The notes under the pieces are model-generated. The model was given only the letters and a program-made list of their open reading frames with translations. It did not search any database and was not told the DNA's origin. A DNA stretch of 63,411 bases, the filler included, from Octopus bimaculoides (taxonomy: Eukaryota): assembly GCF_001194135.2 (NCBI RefSeq). It is 4 parts of 4 records of this genome, joined end to end, with 100 filler letters (N's around TTAATTAATTAA, not from the genome) between each part and the next. Parts side by side here need not be neighbours in the genome. Positions count along the whole stretch, not along the records: positions 32,228 to 62,255 come from NC_068981.1; positions 62,356 to 63,411 come from NW_026375424.1; 2 more parts are not named here. One strand, written 5' to 3'. A program made the translations under genes and the position numbers. This document shows, piece after piece, positions 59,424-63,411 of the stretch. Each line of letters starts with the position of its first letter. Position 1 is the stretch's first letter.

Positions 59424-60298
59424 AAGAGAGTGATGCAAATAAAAATACGCTTGAGCTTGATATATAAAATATAGATACGTATATATACGCATATATACGC
59501 ATGTAAACACTCGTGTATAAACATTTAAACTCGTGTATAAGCATATAGATATTTATATATTTACAAAATAAATTTACAAAACATACAGGTGACAAATGGG
59601 AGAGGGCATGGTATTTCAGGCCCGACAGCTGTTTCTGGGATATCGGAATTACGTCATAGTTGTAATGTTGGCAGATGGAATGTTCAAAATGTCAAATATA
59701 TGCAACCAGTAGTAGGTGCATATAAACATTACCGTAAACCCGGCTTCCGTCTTCAGGGTGCAATGTCTACATATCAGCTCACATGGATTCCTCTTATAAC
59801 TATTTTTCAACCCGCGAACTTAGTCCCCGAGTTGAAGTTCTAATCATCTGAGCCCTACTACGCGTTTTCTATATTGACCATATCTGGATCTCACTCTCTC
59901 TCTCCTTCCTCTGCTCACTCTCTCTCCCCCTCCTCTGCTCACTCTCTCTCCCCCTCCTCTACTCACTCTCTCTCCCCTTCCTCTGCTCATTCTCTCTCTC
60001 CCCCTCCTCTGCTCACTCTCTCTCCCCCTCCTCTGCTCACTCTCTCCCCCTCCTCTGCTCACTCTCTCTCCCCCTCTCTCTCTCTGTATATATCCACATG
60101 CATGTGTCTGTGTCTATATTCGTCCCGCACTACCACTTGTAAAACCGGCATAAGTGTGTTTACAACCCTGTAACTTAGCGGTTCGGCAAAAGTGCCTTAC
60201 CCAATTGTTAGTACGGCGTCAGTTCATTCTACTAAAAAGTTCTTCAAGAGGGTGCCCCAGCATGACCGCAGTCTAATGACTGAAACTAGTAAAAGTTA
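59182..60298 (+). mobile_element. SINE family B split into head (59182-59345) and tail (60110-60298) by a ~760-bp insert
   Basis: Head GTGACTGTGTGG...GGCACCTTGGG; tail GTAACTTAGCGGTTCGGCAAAA...GGTGCCCCAGCATGACCGCAG. Confidence 0.75.
59890..60085. repeat. ~24-bp pyrimidine minisatellite (CTCACTCTCTCTCCCCCTCCTCTG)n
   Basis: About 8 units. Confidence 0.9.
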
Positions 60299-60619
60299 CA
60301 TTCGCGTTTCCCAAAATATCTGACCTACCCGCTATCGTAGTAATCATTATCTATTTATTTGTTTTAATTAAATAATTATATCTTTTAACAGCATTGTTTC
60401 AATGTTTTTCAGTACGGCCTCTCCTTAATTAAAATAATCAAGAATTAGAGAAACGATCAGCAAAAACAAAAAACAAAAACAAAACAAAAACAAAAACAAA
60501 ACAACAACAAAAAAAAACAAAGAAAAACATTGTCTTCTCTGTCATTTCTTTAGCAGAATCTAAAATAATGACGTCATTCTTTCCACCATATTTCCTCGTG
60601 TATTGTAAGATTACATGCC

Positions 60620-61130
60620 TCTCCCCTCCTCAGTGCTTAACTGGTACTTATTTTACCGACCCCGAAAGGATGAAAGGTAAAGTCGACCTCAGCAGAATTT
60701 GAACTCAGATTGTGAAGACGGACGTAATGCCGCCAAGCATTTTGTCCGACGTACTAATGGCTTTGCCAGTTCACCCCCTTAATGATGATGGTGATAATAA
60801 TAATTGAGAAGAGCATCGTCGCTGTGAATTTTCTTTCCTTTTCCCCTTATTTTCTTTATTTTCTTTTTTAATTTTTTCCCCTTTCTTTTTATTTTCTTAT
60901 TTCTTTATTGCTCTTAGGGGCTAAACATAGAGGGGACAAACAAGGACAGACAAAGGGATTAGGTCGATTACATCAACCCCAGTGCGTAACTGGTACATAA
61001 TTTATCGACCCCGAAAGAATGAAAGGCAAAGTCGACCTCGGCGGAATTTGAACTCAGAACGTAACGGCAGACGAAATACTCGCTAAGCATTTCGCCCGGT
61101 GTGCTAACGTTTCTGCCAGCTCGCCGCCTT
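60620..61130 (-). mobile_element. Two SINE family A copies (60620-60782 diverged; 60890-61130 young long-tail)
   Basis: Near-consensus sequence in the second copy. Confidence 0.85.
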
Positions 61131-61149
61131 TCTTTTTCTTTTCTATCAC

Positions 61150-61515
61150 ATGACTTTGTAAATGAACAATCTGGCGACAAAATAGATACATACAATCCTC
61201 TCAAGTAAGGAATAACCCGGCTATGGAAAACGGAGAAGGTGAAGATAGTGTCAATTATCGTTGGGTCCTTGGAAACAAAAGCAGAAGGCATCAAGCAGAA
61301 TATAAAGGAAATTGGGAAAAAGTGCTCAATGGAACTGTTACAAAAGGTTTTCCTCCTTGGCTCGGTCAGAATAATCAGGAAAGTATTAAAGAGGTGAAAA
61401 GAACGGATTGCACGGCACCGCACACTGCAAGCAGCAAGCTCGCTACGCATGCAAGACTTCAGGGGTTAAAACAACCTTGAGATAAAAAGAAATATAATAT
61501 AATAACAATAATAAT
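61150..61515 (+). mobile_element. R4/Dong-like RLE retrotransposon 3' end
   Basis: KIDTYNPLK*GITRLWKTEKVKIVSIIVGSLETKAEGIKQNIKEIG...LLQKVFLLGSVRIIRKVLK, then UTR and a TAA-rich tail. Confidence 0.8.
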
Positions 61516-62224
61516 AAGTTAGAAAAAATAAATGCCATTTCGCAAAGATGTATGAAATGCCACTAAGTGATTTACTCGGCGAGGTAAAGATTCTGCAAGT
61601 TCGCCACCTTAAATTCTGATGAAATATTAATGTAAATTTGTGATGTAATAATATGCTGAAATTCCAAGAAGCCTTGCACCTTAATTCATTGTGTGAATGC
61701 AATTCAACTGTATCACTAATCCAATTGTGAATATGATTAAATAATATTCTGATATATTTCAATTTCCTCTTGATTTTTTTTTCATTAAGGAATTTTAATG
61801 TTCTTCTCACGGTGGTTACCATATATCAAAGATTCCTGCTGGAATCTAGGAACAACCTCCCATTATATTATCGTGTTTTTCCTATATAAAGTGGAATATC
61901 CGATTTGTAATTATATTCTATATGCTTATTCGGTTATGACTAAAATGGCTTCGAGAAGATCATTATGTAAGACATTATATAATCGATATGAAAATATCAT
62001 TGTTACTATATATATATGTCATCCTGCATGCAATTTGATTTGACGCCCGCACGTTATTGAAACGATTGTAAACCATGAAATAAATGAATTACCAGCAACT
62101 CCATTCTTCACTTGTCATACATACATACATATATACATACATGTGGGTGTGAAAAACTTCGAGAAAGACATCACATGGTGAATCAGTGAAAATTTTTCCT
62201 TTTTATTATATAGACGTGTGTGTT

Positions 62225-62255
<31 letters not shown>

Positions 62256-62355
62256 NNNNNNNNNNNNNNNNNNNNNNNNNNNNNNNNNNNNNNNNNNNNT
62301 TAATTAATTAANNNNNNNNNNNNNNNNNNNNNNNNNNNNNNNNNNNNNNNNNNNN
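62256..62355. other. Artificial scaffold linker N44-TTAATTAATTAA-N44
   Basis: Same 100-bp structure as 18249. Confidence 0.97.
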
Positions 62356-62415
62356 GAACCCGGAACCATGTGGTTGGTAAGCAAGGTACTTACCACACAG
62401 CCACTGCTGCGCCTA
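62356..62415 (-). mobile_element. SINE family B head
   Basis: GAACCCGGAACCATGTGGTTGGTAAGCAAG.TACTTACCACACAGCCACT. Confidence 0.85.
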
Positions 62416-62514
62416 TATATGTATGTATATATATATGTATGTATATATACATATATATATATGTATGTATATATATATAATTTTTGTATATATATATAAT
62501 TTTTGTATATATAA

Positions 62515-62546
<32 letters not shown>

Positions 62547-62989
62547 GTATGGATATATATATGTATGTAAATGTATATATATATATGCATATATATATAT
62601 ATATATATGTCTCGTCCTTCGCCTCTCACTGTCACTACTACTATCTCTCTACCTCTCATTGCTCACTTATATTCTACTTCCTCCCCTTCTTCTCCCTGTG
62701 CTACTCTTTCTCCCTAACCCTCGCTGGTCAAGTGTGTCCGGTTGCTATTTCTTTTCTGTCTTGGACTCCCCAAGCTTCGCACGCACTTCTTCGCCTCTCC
62801 AGTTCGTGCTTCACAGCGTTCAATACACACACACTTCTCCACGTCTGGCTGTACAGCTTTTTTGTTTGTTTATTTTACCGTATCGTTTTCCTGTCTTATT
62901 TTCCATCCGCCACTATAATTTGAGTTTGTGGGAAGAGCCATTTTAACGATGCGTCCTGCCCTAACTCTTCGAAATGCAAGTGTTTTAAT

Positions 62990-63175
62990 GGAAGCAGCTG
63001 ATGAAGGATATGTTCTCTATGTGGCCTGCTTGTTTGCTTACCTTGTCTATCATTTTGTCCATGTTCTTTTGCAACGTCATGTACCCAGATATGTATCTAT
63101 ATGTACATGTAGATGAAGGTATGTACATACATGTACATATATATGCATATACTCATATATTGTTTGTATCACACG
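62990..63175 (+). repeat. Family D copy
   Basis: GCTGATGAAGGATATGTTCTCTATGTGGCC...TGTACCCAGATATG...GTAGATG.AGGTATGTAC. Confidence 0.65.
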
Positions 63176-63211
63176 ATCGAATGCACGCGTTATCTTTACA
63201 CAGTATAGGAC

Positions 63212-63411
63212 CTGAGAGACCTGCATGCGGTGGTTGTAGGTGTTTTCAAGACAAGGCTGGACCTCTTCCTATCAGGTGTCCCAGATGAACCAACTTCACT
63301 GCAGGAGGCACAGATGAGAGCAGCTGCATCAAACTCTCTCATGCACCAAATGTCAATTCTAGAAGTAAAATTCATGAAGTAAAATTGTGTAGCAACACCA
63401 AATGGCGGTGC
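63212..63411 (+). mobile_element. LINE ORF2 C-terminus (CR1/jockey group, clade unresolved) plus the start of the 3'UTR
   Basis: LRDLHAVVVGVFKTRLDLFLSGVPDEPTSLQEAQMRAAASNSLMHQM...K* fits the FK..LD.FL..VPDEP......R.A.SNSL..Q terminus of invertebrate LINEs. Confidence 0.75.

Noticed and set aside
62960-63030. CTGATGAAGG in family D as a hammerhead core
   Set aside because: No downstream GAAA or stem III in the copies at 3912, 38120(-) or 62998; the upstream GAAA does not give convincing stems

Overview
AT-rich, repeat-saturated eukaryotic DNA with about 5.5 kb of N gaps. The SINE/LINE repertoire looks like an octopod cephalopod (Octopus sp.), which is an inference from recognising the repeats. 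No host protein-coding gene, tRNA, rRNA or CRISPR array can be supported. The long ORFs in the track are artefacts of microsatellites, N gaps or SINEs. Three artificial N44-TTAATTAATTAA-N44 linkers split the window into four independently assembled pieces (1-18248, 18349-32127, 32228-62255, 62356-63411). Retroelements: two abundant tRNA-derived SINE families (my labels A and B), very young RTE LINE 3' ends (family C), R4/Dong-like and HERO-like RLE retrotransposon ends, a CR1/jockey-group LINE end and Penelope-like tails, one with a degenerate minimal hammerhead ribozyme. DNA transposons: a decayed mariner transposase, a decayed Helitron Rep/Hel, a hAT element with an 8-bp TSD, TTAA (piggyBac-type) MITEs and a TA-flanked MITE. 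Micro- and minisatellites are abundant. I found no new multi-gene system. The best leads are the hammerhead-like motif, three RNA-hairpin candidates, a CpG-decay domain limited to the first scaffold, and SINE-LINE and target-site relationships. Most repeat boundaries are approximate (about +/-10 bp).
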